64,000 nucleotides of DNA from Eledone cirrhosa (lineage: Eukaryota), in assembly GCA_964016885.1 (NCBI GenBank), contig OZ024743.1, positions 151,776,001-151,840,000 on the forward strand, in the 5' to 3' direction. Within the stretch, counting starts at the first letter, position 1. The number at the start of each line of letters is the position of its first letter. The notes beneath the pieces were generated by a model. It did not search any database. It had not been told where the DNA came from and saw only the letters and a program-made list of their open reading frames with translations. Positions 22,736 to 34,989 of this stretch are shown here, in pieces. The translations under genes and the position numbers were made by a program.

Positions 22736-23943
22736 TGGGGATTATTTTCTTTGTTTTTGTGCCTCTCCTTTGTTCTGTCCTACGCCATCTTGTTTTTGTG
22801 TGTGTTGTGCGCATGTGTTACATCCGGGTGTCTGTGTGTGTTTATATTTGTTTATTTATTTGTTTGTTTATTTACATATTACTGGTTGGTTGTTTGTTCT
22901 ATGTGTGTGTGTGTTTTCTTTTTGTCCTTAATTGTAAGTTGGGATGTTGCTGTTCCATTCATGTTTTCTATTTAATTTTGGTTGGAGTTCATTTATGTTT
23001 ATTGCCTCTGTGATTTGTCTAAACATTGCGTCTTTTCTGTGTGTAGATTCTATTTTTATTTCTATATTCTCTAATTTACCCTTATGTTCTATTTTAGCAT
23101 GTTGGTAGAGTATAGATGATTCTTTACTATCTTGAAGCTCTCGCCAGTGTTCATTTATCCATTCCCCTATACTACGAACTGTCTCACCTATGTACACTAT
23201 ATTCTTATCTCTACATTGTCCTTCAGTACATCTTATGCTATATACTACATTTCTAGTTTTACAGTTAATATGGGGGCTTAATTTACAGGTTATACATTTC
23301 TTATCTATACAGGGAGGTCTTTGAAAAGGGTATGTATTGCTAATAAGTGTTTTTATGGAGGTACCTGGTCTTTCTACTATCTTAATATTGAGTTTATGTT
23401 TATCTAGGGCCCTTCTAAATTTGTAAGCTAATTCACCTCTAGGGGTTGTATCGATGAACATTACACTCTGGTATTTATTGCTATCATACCATGAGTTTAT
23501 TCTATTAACCTTATTCCTAGTTCTTTCTATTCTATTCCAAAATTTGCTCCTATACAAGGGGCAGGTCCTATTTGTGTCATTATTTACCAGAACCAAATGG
23601 GAAAAAATAGTAAATAATGACACAAATGGGACCTGCCCCTTGTATAGGAGCACATTTTGGAATAGAATAGAAAGAACTAGGAATAAGGTTAATAGAATAA
23701 ACTGATGGTATGATAGCAATAAATACCAGAGTGTAATGTTCATCGATACAACCCCTAGAGGTGAATTAGCTTACAAATTTAGAAAACCAGTAACATGTAA
23801 ATAAACAAATAAATAAACAAATATAAACACACACAGACACCCGGATGTAACACATGCGCAAACTAAGCACACAACACACACAAAAACAAGATGGCGTAGG
23901 ACAGAACAAAGGAGAGGCACAAAAACAAAGAAAAGAATCTCCA

Positions 23944-23986
23944 GTCACTGAAGAGGTCAAAGAATCTGTGACGAAAGAACTTTGAC
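23944..23986 (+). ncRNA. Minimal type I hammerhead ribozyme motif (inverted copy)
   Basis: GTCA-CTGAAGA-G-GTCAAAGAATCTGTGAC-GAAAG-AA-CTT-TGAC. Confidence 0.8.
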
Positions 23987-24147
23987 AATATATGAACAAT
24001 CATCTGGTTGTGGAACCAACCAACCAACCGGAAATTTATAAATTCCTAAATTTATAAATTTATTATAATAAATTGAAGTGAAAGCAACTGGTGCGTGTGT
24101 TTCTTATTGGCAACATGACCCTCCCAAAGTATAACAATATATATATA

Positions 24148-24496
24148 TCATCATTCATCATTTCATCATTTCATTTTACGTCCGCTTTTCCCTGCTTGCA
24201 AGGGTGGGACGGGAACTGATTCTGGCTTGATTTCTACAGCTGGATGCCCTTCCTAACACCAACCTCATTTACAGTGAGTGCTGGGTGCTTTTTTGGCGTG
24301 GCGCCTACACGTCCACTTTGCAGTGGAATGATAGGGAACCCAGTCCCTATCATCTCATTTCTACAGCTGAGTAAACTGGAGCAATGTGAAATAAAGTGTC
24401 TTGCTCAAGGAAACAACACATCACCCGATCTGAGAATTGAACTCACAACCTTTCGATTGCAAGGTCAATGCTCTAACCACTAAGCCATGTGCCTCC
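24148..24496 (-). mobile_element. Full-length CORE-type SINE
   Basis: Head GGAGGCACATGGCTTAGTGGTTAGAGC (A box), B box, CORE-like block and RTE-like tail. Confidence 0.88.
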
Positions 24497-24519
24497 ATAT
24501 GCATATGTTAAACACAAGA

Positions 24520-26410
24520 CACACAGGAAAATATGAAAAAGTTTGGAAGCTAAAGGACCTTTCAATTAAACATAGGTTTAGGGGTGATGAATTAGGTACA
24601 TATATAGCAGAGTGGGCAACTGGAAATTTCTGCATGACAACCTTTTGCAAACCACTGACAAGACTTGTGGCTGGAGTAAAGTACCAGCCAGACAGAGGGT
24701 CACCTGGTGGTGGAACAGCACAGTGGATAGAGCTAGTAAAGCCAAGAGACAGGCATGGATAGACTGGAAAAATAGGGGTAGCAGAGATGAGTAACAGGAA
24801 GCTAAGAAAGAAGCTAGACTGCAGGTATACACAGCTCGGAGTGAGGCTGAAAAACAAAAATTTGCCAATGTCTTAAGACTTGAGAACCACATTTCAAGGC
24901 AATGTGTTTGTGATAATTGATATTTTGGGGGAAAATGTTCTAGAAATGACACTGGTACACTTAGCACTACTGATTCCCAAAAGAAAGAGGCCTGCGAATG
25001 TTACTTATGAGAGGTTGCTGAATGTAGAGAACGGATGGGTGAAAGAGAAACAACCCCTAACTTACCCAACAGAAGGATCAGCTATTGAAATTTATAGGGT
25101 CAAAGAAGCAATCAAACAGATGGTAAGTCTGTGAGACCATCAGAGATAGTTGCTGAGATGCTAAAAACATTGTGAGGAGTAGAAGTCAAACTAGTAACCC
25201 ACATAGTCAATCAGGTAATATATGATGGAGTCATATCCAATGACTAGTACAGCAGTACACTCGTAAATTGCTACAAAGGCAAAGGTGATGTCTTAGAGAG
25301 GAGCAACTATAGAGGAATAAAACTAATGGATCAAGTTATGAAAGTGACAGAAAGTGTTATAGTGTAGCTAATTAGGAAAAGAGATAAATTAGATTAAATG
25401 CAATTTGGTTTCATACCTGGGAAAAGTACTAAAGATGCCCTCTTCATAGTGAGACAACTGTAGGAGAAGTTCCTAGCCAAGAATAAACAACTATACTTAG
25501 CTTTTGTTGATCTAGAAAAAGCCTTAGACAGAGTACCCCAATTTATTATCTGGTGGTCCTTGAGGAAATTAGGTATAGAAGAATGGCTTGTGAGAGCAGT
25601 GCAAGCTTTGTACAGGGGAGCTGTCAGTAAAGTGAGAGTAGGAACTGAGTTAAGTGAGGAATTCAAGGTACAGGTAGGAGTTTGTCAAGGTTCAGTTTTT
25701 AGCCCACTGATGTTCATCATAGTGCTCCAGGCCATAACAGAGGAGTTTGAAAACTGGCTGTCTATGGCTACTTCTCTATCCAGATGATTGGGCCCTTATA
25801 GCCGAATCCATAAAAGAACTAGAAAATAAGTTCTGTCAATGGAGACAGAATTTGGAATCAAAAGTCTGAGCTTAAACTTAGCTAAAACTAGTGCTCATGT
25901 GTAGGAAAGGAGATAGAACCCTGATCCCTTCGAGGAAGAGGCCTTCCTCCATATGTAGAAATGAAGTAGGCATAAACTCCATATGGTGTACACAATATAA
26001 ATCTTGGGTACACAAGAGATGTAGTGGGATAACGAGTAGATGAACAGGAAAGGAAGTCTTTGTATGTAGAAGATGCACAGGAGTAATTGATGGAAAGAGC
26101 AGCAATGATAGAAACCTCTTCAAATCACAGGAAGGATACATTGAAGTGGTTGATAGCCTCTGCTATCTAGGTAACCTAATTAGCAGTGGGAGAGGGTACT
26201 CTGAGAGAATAATAGCTAGAATAAGGATAATATGGAAGCAGTTTAGAGAGCTATTCTCACTGTTGACAACAAAAGGTTTCTCCCTACATACAAAAGAATG
26301 ACTGTATGATCCCTGTGTATGAAGTGCAATGGTCATGATAGAGAAACATGGGTAGTGACTGCAGAAGACATGCGTAGACTGGAGAGAAATGAAACAGCCA
26401 TGCACATCAC
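24520..26410 (+). mobile_element. Degraded RTE LINE ORF2
   Basis: KVWKLKD, TWWWN, NYRGIKLMDQV, QFGF, AFVDLEKA, GV.QGSV.SPL; many stops and frameshifts; decayed PHD-like finger near 25940-26080. Confidence 0.9.
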
Positions 26411-26617
26411 TTGTCCATACCAACACAGTCTTCTCTCCTGCACATCACCTCAAATTCCTCTAAACAACACCAATTTTTAACATCAATTTTTGTATGAGTT
26501 ATAAAGATCCTCTTTATATAATTACCAGGTGCACTTTTCAATTCCTTTTTTAAAATCCTTTTCCTTATATAACGCGATCTGTATAGAGCATTTTCTAATG
26601 TCCACACATTTTTTCAC

Positions 26618-26650
<33 letters not shown>

Positions 26651-26916
26651 TATGATCGTTGGCAAATCACTGATGAGGGACTCATTTTATAACATGTTAT
26701 CCATGTGCAACCTGCAGTATTCTTCTCCCCATTTTTTCATATATATATATATATATATTAACTGATATTGAGGATAATGTATGAAATTCTGAAAATAAGC
26801 AGGTTAACCTCTTTTTTCTGGTTGCAGAGAGCATAATATATGGTTTGACCACAGTGACTACTTCAAATCTGTGTGTGTGGAACACACATACACTCATATA
26901 TGTATGTATGTGTTTG

Positions 26917-26953
<37 letters not shown>

Positions 26954-27692
26954 TTTTTGATGATGCATAATAATAGTTTCCTTTGATCAAGCACAAGAAT
27001 AATTTTGTTTGAGAGCATTTCTTTTCTTTCTTTCTCTAGTAAATGAATCTACACCAAAGAAGCAACAAAAAATACATATTAGAATATAATTGGTATTTAT
27101 TTGATTAATTCCAAAGAAATGAAAATCACAGACAATATGATTTGGATGAAAAAAGTGAAGCATCTAACTAGACACTGTTGATTATTTAGTTTGGCGTTTC
27201 ACCATTTCTATTTTTGTTAATATCCCCATTTTTGGTTAACTCTTGCCATACACACAATATTTTACTTTAACTATCACAAATAAGCTTTTTTAGAACTATA
27301 TTCCTGAAGTAATTAAACCCATTTCATTTCTCAGGCTTATGTTATTTCATCCTACGCTGTTGTTTTCTTTTTAAAAAAAGTATCATTATGAATTATCGAA
27401 GGGCTGTATGATTTGAAATTTGAAAGTGAGGGAATCCTAAATGCAGAAAATAACTGTAACAACAGTCAATCACTATAAATAGATTTATAAATTACTAAGA
27501 AAATTGGATATTCGAGAGATGCAGACTTTGATTCTCCGTAGCAGCTACTGCTGAGTGGGTTTTTTTCTGTCTATAGAGGTATTTTATTTGATTTTCTAAG
27601 CTATTATTTATATTGAATGACTGTTGTTTCAGTTATTTTCTGTACTTGGAATTCCCAGTTTCAAAAAATTCATTAATTGTTTTTATTATATA

Positions 27693-29072
27693 CTAGCAGA
27701 TTTACCCGGCATTGCTTGAGGTTTGAAATTATGCTAAGAATATACAGCTAGGAAGTAAAAGAAGAACATTATTTGTCCCCAACCTGTCAAAGTAAGCAGA
27801 AGTCTTCAATAATTAATGCAAACGAATATTTAGTGCAATCTTTAGTATATTTAGTACACATAAAACTATGCTGATAATGAAGGAAAACACTGAACAGGAT
27901 GTAGTTATACAAATGATTAAAGACAATACACATTGCAAATCTGTAAAAAAACAGGCAGTTTTTCTAAAGTACAAAAAGTTGTAATGAAAGCAGAGTTGTA
28001 TACAAACACAAAAAGTTGTAATGAAAGCAGAGTTGTATACAAACAAAAAAACAATGAGAGTAGAATAAGAGAAAATCTATTCTTTGAGAGCATCCTTTGC
28101 TGTGTATGGTTAAATGTTGAACTTATTATCCAAAATATCCTCCATGACATATTCATTGGTATATTTTGTAATGAGTAAGGTGAAGTCAAGGCAGAGCTGT
28201 AATAAGTTTTTTTGTTAACACTAAAGCACTTCAGGATAGACGATATTCTGTGTTTTTCTTTTCGGAACAAACACAAATAGATTATCTTGACTGCTAACTC
28301 GTGAGCAGGCAATGTAGAATTGTCCGTGCGAAAAGCAAGGTTCATCCAAGAGAATTCCAGCGACGGACAGAGTTTGACCTTGCAACTTGTTTATGGACAT
28401 TGCAAAAGCAGCATGAAGGGGAAATTGGGTTCGGCGAAAGGAGAAGGGAGTATCCACGCCTGATGTAGTCAGGCTAACTTTTGTTATTATCAAATCCTCG
28501 CCTTCTCCACATCCGAATAGAATGGTAGCCTCAATACTAAGTGGAGACAGTTTTTTAACCACAAGGCGTGTACCATTCCATAGTTTTGGAGGAGTGATAT
28601 TTCTCAGCAAAATAACTGGTGTTCCCTCTTTTAGAACCAATGTATTAGGAGGTAAACCAGGAGGATTTAAAGAATCACTTAATATAGTGAAACAAGTTAA
28701 AACAACAAATGTTTTTTTAACTTTGAAAGTGCAACAAAGAATAAACAAGAAACAAACGATAATATTAGTGATTTATCTTGAAATGAATGTGATGTTTATA
28801 TTTCTGAAAATTTGGTTATCTCCCTTTTTTATAAGGATTGTCAATAAAGTTTCTTATCTCCCTTACATCAATTTTTCTACCGATAATTTTGATGTCGATT
28901 TTTTATTGCTCAACGTGGGTCGATTTGAAAAATGTTTGTGATGTGACAATCTTAGCGACGTGTGCAACGTGCACAGAAAATTTGGTCAAATTCAGTTGGT
29001 AATTGTGAAAGCCTTAAGCATGCAAATTTGTACACAGACACACACACATCCTCACTTTTATATATATAAAGA
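27693..29072 (-). mobile_element. Non-autonomous Helitron carrying a PIF1/RepHel helicase C-terminal fragment (28221-~28680)
   Basis: Minus-strand 5' end A|TCTTTATATATATAAAAGTGAG plus (GT)n; 3' end is a decayed GC hairpin then CTAG|T. Internal SLNPPGLPP..LKEGTPVILLRN..NGTRL..RRTQFPL..AFAMSINKLQGQTL..FSHGQFYIACSRV..TQNIVYPEVL. Confidence 0.9.
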
Positions 29073-31151
29073 TATAGGTGAAGGCATGACCAAGGAGTTC
29101 AGAGGTTCACTTGAAGGAGTTCAGAGGTTCACTTCCCAACAATGTAGTTCAGGGAAAAATACCACCACACTGTATCTTGAGCAAGTATCTTCTGCCCTAG
29201 TTGTGGGATAACTAATGCCTTGGGGTGGCAATCTGTTAGACAGAAACTGTATATAAGCCCATCATGTGTGTATGTGTGTATAAATATATGTATATATATA
29301 TGTGCATGAAAATGTATGTTTGCATATACCAGTGTAAATACTGTGTTTTTCCACACCTAAAGGAATGTAACTCAATAAGTTAATTTAGCCCTTGATAAAT
29401 AGTAATTGATAAAATGAGTATCAAACAAAATACTAGATTCAGCATATTTGACTAAAGCCTTGGTCAATGACTGAAACAATTAGAAGAATAAAAGAATCTA
29501 ATTAGCAGTACGAACAATTGAGTTTTAATTTAAAGATAATAAAGTTTCACAAAAGGTCAGGCATATATAGCCGAACAATTAAATGGAAGATAGCATCTTT
29601 AAATTAAACATACAATAATATAAGTAATTTTTAGACCATTTCCTCTGCCAAAGCAAGGGTTAACTTCATGAGTCCCATGACATGCCTCATACACATGATG
29701 GGGTTTTCATTATTAGCAAATAATAAATTGTCATTACAACTTAATATTGTTATATTTTGGGGAGGGTCATATTGTCTCAATATTGCCAGAAAAATAATAG
29801 TAAAACACATTGTTTGGTTAGGCTTAAAATTATTGTTATTACTACCTAACACAGCCACAACTCTGCAGTTTCTCAGTCTGCTAGCAATAACAACCAAATG
29901 TCCCTCAAATCACACTCTACTCTTTAAAAAAAAGGCCACATTGGATATTGTAGTCCTAGATACATTATGTCTGAATAAAAGACAGGATAGTCATGACTGG
30001 AATATCTTGGATGATAGGTTTGCTTGATAAAAGCAACTACTACCACCACCTTTATCTTTACCAGTCACTAACAACATTGTTATTACTATGACAACCACTC
30101 CTTTGTTGCAATAGTTATAATCATCATCATCATTTAATCCTATCCAATACAATTATATTAACACCACAATTACTTTAAGCTTTCATACAGATATGAGTTA
30201 CGTTTTCTGACCACATTTGGCACCAACCCAAATATGTAGAATATTGCCATTAGATATCTCATTTCTGATCATATAGTAGGTGTGTAAACATTTTGTGTGC
30301 CAGGATATATGTAGCTGGAGAAAATAGTTTAATACTTCCAAATGTCAACCACTCTGAGTGCAGACAGGGATAATATATTATCTAAATAAACATGTTTGTG
30401 TCATTTTGTATGTATATTTTCATTCTCATTCTCCTCTATTGACATATTTCTTCTAGAAACTTCCACTGTAGTGAAACTTGTGCTTAATTATCTCTTTTTT
30501 TTTTTCTTTCCTTCTTTTCAATTACTTATATAAAACCTAAACATTGTACAGTGGTTATAAAATATAGTGATTTACTTCATGCATAAAAGGTCATATTAAG
30601 ATGTTTTCAATTAACCATATGAGATCATATCTGTTAACTATTACATGTGAATTGACCAAATGTACTGCTCTGGTTGCTACTCTCTGAGACCTCTCCTGAA
30701 TATATTTTAAACCTTGCATATACCCAATAGCTTTAGTATCAGTGCATATGGTTATACGCATGATCACTAAGCACTAAAATCCTTTTATATTGAACCAACT
30801 GACGATTTATGCCCAATTAAAAATAGCCAAATTTCCCTCAAACTACACATTGACTTTAAAAAGGTAGGACACACTGAAGAAAAAGAATAAGATAAACGTA
30901 TCCAAAATATTATTTGTTTGCTGTTTAGTTTTGAGGGAATAACAGTGCTCCTAACCCTTTTCAGGAGTTCCAAGTCTAGCGAGAGGGGAGGGGAAGAATG
31001 TATCTTTAAACCCAGAAACCAGGGACATGGCCAGAATGTTTGCATCCAAGAACAAGGTAGTGGCATTAAATCAAGTGAAATATTAAGTCTACCACCCAAT
31101 AAGGCTACATACAGTGGGATTTGAACTAAAAATGCAAAGAGCTGGAGCAAT

Positions 31152-31325
31152 TAATTGTTTCTACATTTGGCACAAAGTGCATCACTGGTACTTTATTTTA
31201 TCGACATTGTAAGGAAGAAAGGCAAAGTTAACCTTGGCGGGATTTGAACTCAGTTCATAAAGGGCCGTAACTCTATGCTGCAAAGCATGGCATCCAACCC
31301 TCTACTGATACTGCCAATCCACCGT
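31152..31325 (-). mobile_element. Meta-type SINE
   Basis: Family match; a further decayed copy lies at ~31390-31500. Confidence 0.8.
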
Positions 31326-31589
31326 ATGCGGAACAAATAATGCAAAGCAGCTCATTCAAAACTCTAACAATTCTAATAGTCCATCACCATGGACTGATAT
31401 TTTATATCAATTCTGAAATTCTGAAAAGTAAATTTGACCTTGCTGGGATTTGAACTCAGAGAACCAGAAAAATACTACAAGGCATTTTGTCTTACACTCT
31501 AATTTGATGTTTATATGTTTACTAAATAAGGACTAATCTAGGGCTAAATAATGCAACCATTGCAATCATTCTATATCTTCATGTTAAAT

Positions 31590-31980
31590 GCACACTTGTG
31601 TTGAAATGTGGTAGTACTGTGTCGATAATAAAATACACTCAGTACTCAGCCCACACTGAAATGTGGAAGTGTTGGTGCCCTGACAAAATGCATCTGGCCT
31701 ACACTGTAAAGTGGTAATACCAGTGCCATAAAAGAAAATCATTCAGTCCACCCTGTCAGGTGGTTGTGGTGGCACCACAAGAAAATAAACCGGGTACATG
31801 CTGTGAAGTGTTAGGGCATCAACTGTAGAAACCATGTCCAAATGGAACATGTGAACAAGACCTAGCCATCTGACCTGCCTGTCAAGCTTCATCTAACCCA
31901 CACAAGTATAGAAAATACATGTGAAACAGTGATGTTGATGATAATGATGATCATCATCATGATCATGATCATCGTAATGA
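31590..31980 (+). repeat. RTE 3' UTR-derived ~40-bp minisatellite module with (GAT)n tail
   Basis: Several degenerate CCACACTG(T)AAAGTGG units followed by AGGGCATCAACTGTAGAAACC and GATGAT. Confidence 0.7.
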
Positions 31981-32859
31981 TACAAGTCATTATAAAGAAA
32001 AACCAACAAAATGGATGCTGTGTGCTATTTCAAAATTAAAAATAATATATAATTTTCTCAAAATATCTATAATTTCATTCCTGAAACAGCCTTAATAGCA
32101 TTCATAAGCCAACCTCCTAACTGTAAAAAATCTTGAGATTATATTGGACAAATAAATAGTTTTCACTCAACATATTAACCAAACAGTTAGTTGTTTCTAT
32201 AAATAACCTAAGAATTCTCAGGAAATTGTTTATCTAAATTCTTGTTAATTTTATTTTCCACACACTACATTTGCTTCAATAACCCAGCAGAATAGATATT
32301 TTTAAAACAAGTTAGCTAATACTGGAATCAATGTCCTATAATATAGTCTCTAACCTCGCTACACTGTGTGCTCACCTCTTAAATGAGGTAGAGCCCAATA
32401 AAATAATTACCAGAAATACATTGAAATTGAATTAATCAGCTAAATTTGTTTCTAATTATGATAAAAGAATAATAGATAATGTATTCTGTTATTCTTTTTT
32501 GGTTTCAGTCATTAGCCTGAGACGATGCTAGACACTCCTTTTAAAGGTTTTAGTCAATTATATCAAGTCCAATACATATTTTGTCGATCTCTATTTGTCA
32601 AAATGCTAAGATATCTGACATAAACAAACAGCACGGACAAAAACACATATACGTGTGTGAGAGTGTGTGTATGTACAAGTTTTTGTACAGATTTTCTCCA
32701 TTAAATTTCCCTCACAATGCATTCCACAACCTGATGCTAGTAGAACACACTTGCCCAACGTGCCATATAATGGGACTAAACCTGAAACCACATGGTTACA
32801 AAGCAAACGCCATAACTACAGAACCATGCCTGTGCTTATATACATAATTATATACTGAA

Positions 32860-33110
32860 ACAGAGAAATGGGTAGATAAACTAATCAAGGTAGTCAGAGT
32901 ATGTGATCAGATAACTAAACTTGGACTTCTGGATAATATGATTACTACTATTCTTTCTGTATAAGCACCACGAGATTTCATTACAGATGAACAAAAAAAC
33001 CACTTGTATGAGGTCTTTTGCAGACAACATGGATGACAAATAATACTGATATAATGATCTTGGCCGGTGACAATAATGATCATGTTGGGTGACACCAGGA
33101 AAGTGTTGTT
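32860..33110 (+). mobile_element. Decayed RTE AP-endonuclease fragment
   Basis: VDKLIKVVRVCDQI..ILSV*APRD..DEQKNHLYE..ILAGDNNDHVG resembles YAPQ..DEEK..AGDFNGHVG. Confidence 0.65.
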
Positions 33111-34989
33111 GCCAGAGTGAGAACAGGGAGCTGTTACCCCTGCTTATATTAGTATAAGACTGAAATAAGTATTGAAGGAAAGGTGGATGAGATGATCTGC
33201 TGTCCAATGACTAAAATCAGCCAAGAATGAAAAAATAGGTTTGAAGGACAGAATTGTTATCAAGGTTAAAAGCACAACAATTATACCATATAACAGACAT
33301 TCCAACACCAAATTAAAATAGTTAATTATTTTAAGTTATTTTCTTCTACATTGTATTCAGTTAATAAACAAATCATTGAGAAATGTTTTCATGTGTACAG
33401 TAAATAAAAACCAAGCTTAGAACAAATTTTAATTAAATCAGGTGTTGAGTATGAATTAATCTGAAATATAGTGGTGGACAAGTTATATAAAATGTTATCA
33501 AACCTACAAAATATTATTAATTCAAAATGTTTATGAATATCAGAAAATTTTATTCACTAGTAACAAATCTCTGAGTAGTTTTGTTTTGAAAATATAGCAG
33601 GTTCACCCCTTTTAATATAATAAACCCATAAAGGTGAAATAATGTTATGTGAGTATTTAAAAGGTTTTTCAACATACTTTCTATTTTTACTAGTGATATA
33701 TTGATCAGAAAGACTCCTTAAAGGATGTGGTGAAAGGAAAACGACTGGCTGTGAAATAACCAATATCTTATTAACAAGTTGGATGTCGGAAGTATTAGAA
33801 AATGAAATCTTGTGGTAGAAATGGGGGGAAAATGCAAATTTCAATAAAACCGGTTGGATTCAATGATTTTAATATTTAAGTGGCCAGTATGAAAAATATT
33901 GACATTTATTGAACAAAGAATATATAAAGTAAATTTCAAGAAATGGAATAAAAGACTTGAAATATGGAACAACATATTAATCATTCAATGATTTCATTTA
34001 CTTTTTTTAGAAATGTTCTAATTATTGATAAAACCATTATGTCATCATATAAAGAAAGAAGTATTGATAAAATCTTGATAGAAAATCAAAAGCTGTCACC
34101 AGTTTATAAGCATGTTGAGAAGAATAAATGGTAGAATGAATCAACGACAAGTGTTATTCAGTTTCATATTGTAAAGAGAAATGTCTCCAGAGAAAATTCT
34201 TCATTAAGTAATGAATATGAAGAAAAAGAGAACAAGTACAGTATTTCTGTATCAAATATAACCTTTCTCAAGCAGTTTGTTTACTAGATAGATCAAATAT
34301 CAAAATATTTATTCTATAAATGGTAATCTAAAAGTAATCAGAAATAAAACAATTGAGTTTTTAAGTTTAACCTTTAGGATGCTGAATTTTTTATGAATTG
34401 CTTTCCTCGACACTGTATTATGTATTATGTATTAAGGGGAGATTACTCTCTTGTTGGAATTTGTTGCCAATAGTGTGCTGAAGGTTAAAATCAGGTTGGA
34501 TGGAAATGATTAAAATTTTAGCTTTTTACTTTGATATAATAAACCCATATATAATGTGTTTATGAATAATATACATACATTTAGTCATGCAGTGAGTATT
34601 TGAAGTAGTGGTCATATCAAAAATAGTGTGCATCGCAGTATTAGGAGAGGAACAGCATATAGATGTATTTCATAATTGTCACTGTTCATCAGCACTTGCT
34701 TAATTAGGCCTAAATGCTAGGTATAAAGGTTAGATATCATCTCAGATTTTTTATACTTGCTATCAGCCATTTGTGAATGTTTGTATGTCTTCCAAAGTTG
34801 AGCTAGATACACATGCACACAGTATTTTCATATATATATAGACTTGTCTCTATGTTTTTATCTGTCATGGCCAATATCATGTATTATGAGAGCTGTTACA
34901 TGTTTTACTTCTCATAAAAGTTGTTTGATTATTGAATATGCCTTTTTTCATGTAAAGTAAAGAATCATATGAAGAAGTGTAATATATAT

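Larger units (their letters stand above)
22485..24140 (-). mobile_element. 5'-truncated PLE with nested fold-back (outer arms 22545-22887 / 23785-24140; inner arms 23413-23587 / 23610-23784)
   Basis: Minus frame 22928-23590: PLYRSKFW..SWY..SVMFIDTTPRGEL..KIVERPG..CIDKKCITC..CKTRNVVYSIRCTEGQC..VYIGETVRSIGEWINEH..FRQITEAI..LNRKHEW (GIY-YIG). Confidence 0.92.

Noticed and set aside
22928-23743. 271-aa ORF that looks like a membrane-anchored or secreted GIY-YIG nuclease
   Set aside because: The hydrophobic N-terminus is the antisense reading of the internal inverted duplication, not a real signal or transmembrane segment.
26667-26715. CACTGATGAGGGA hammerhead-like start
   Set aside because: No recognisable GAAA or stem III downstream.
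28221-28748. Host PIF1 helicase gene
   Set aside because: C-terminal fragment only, intronless, and enclosed by Helitron termini.
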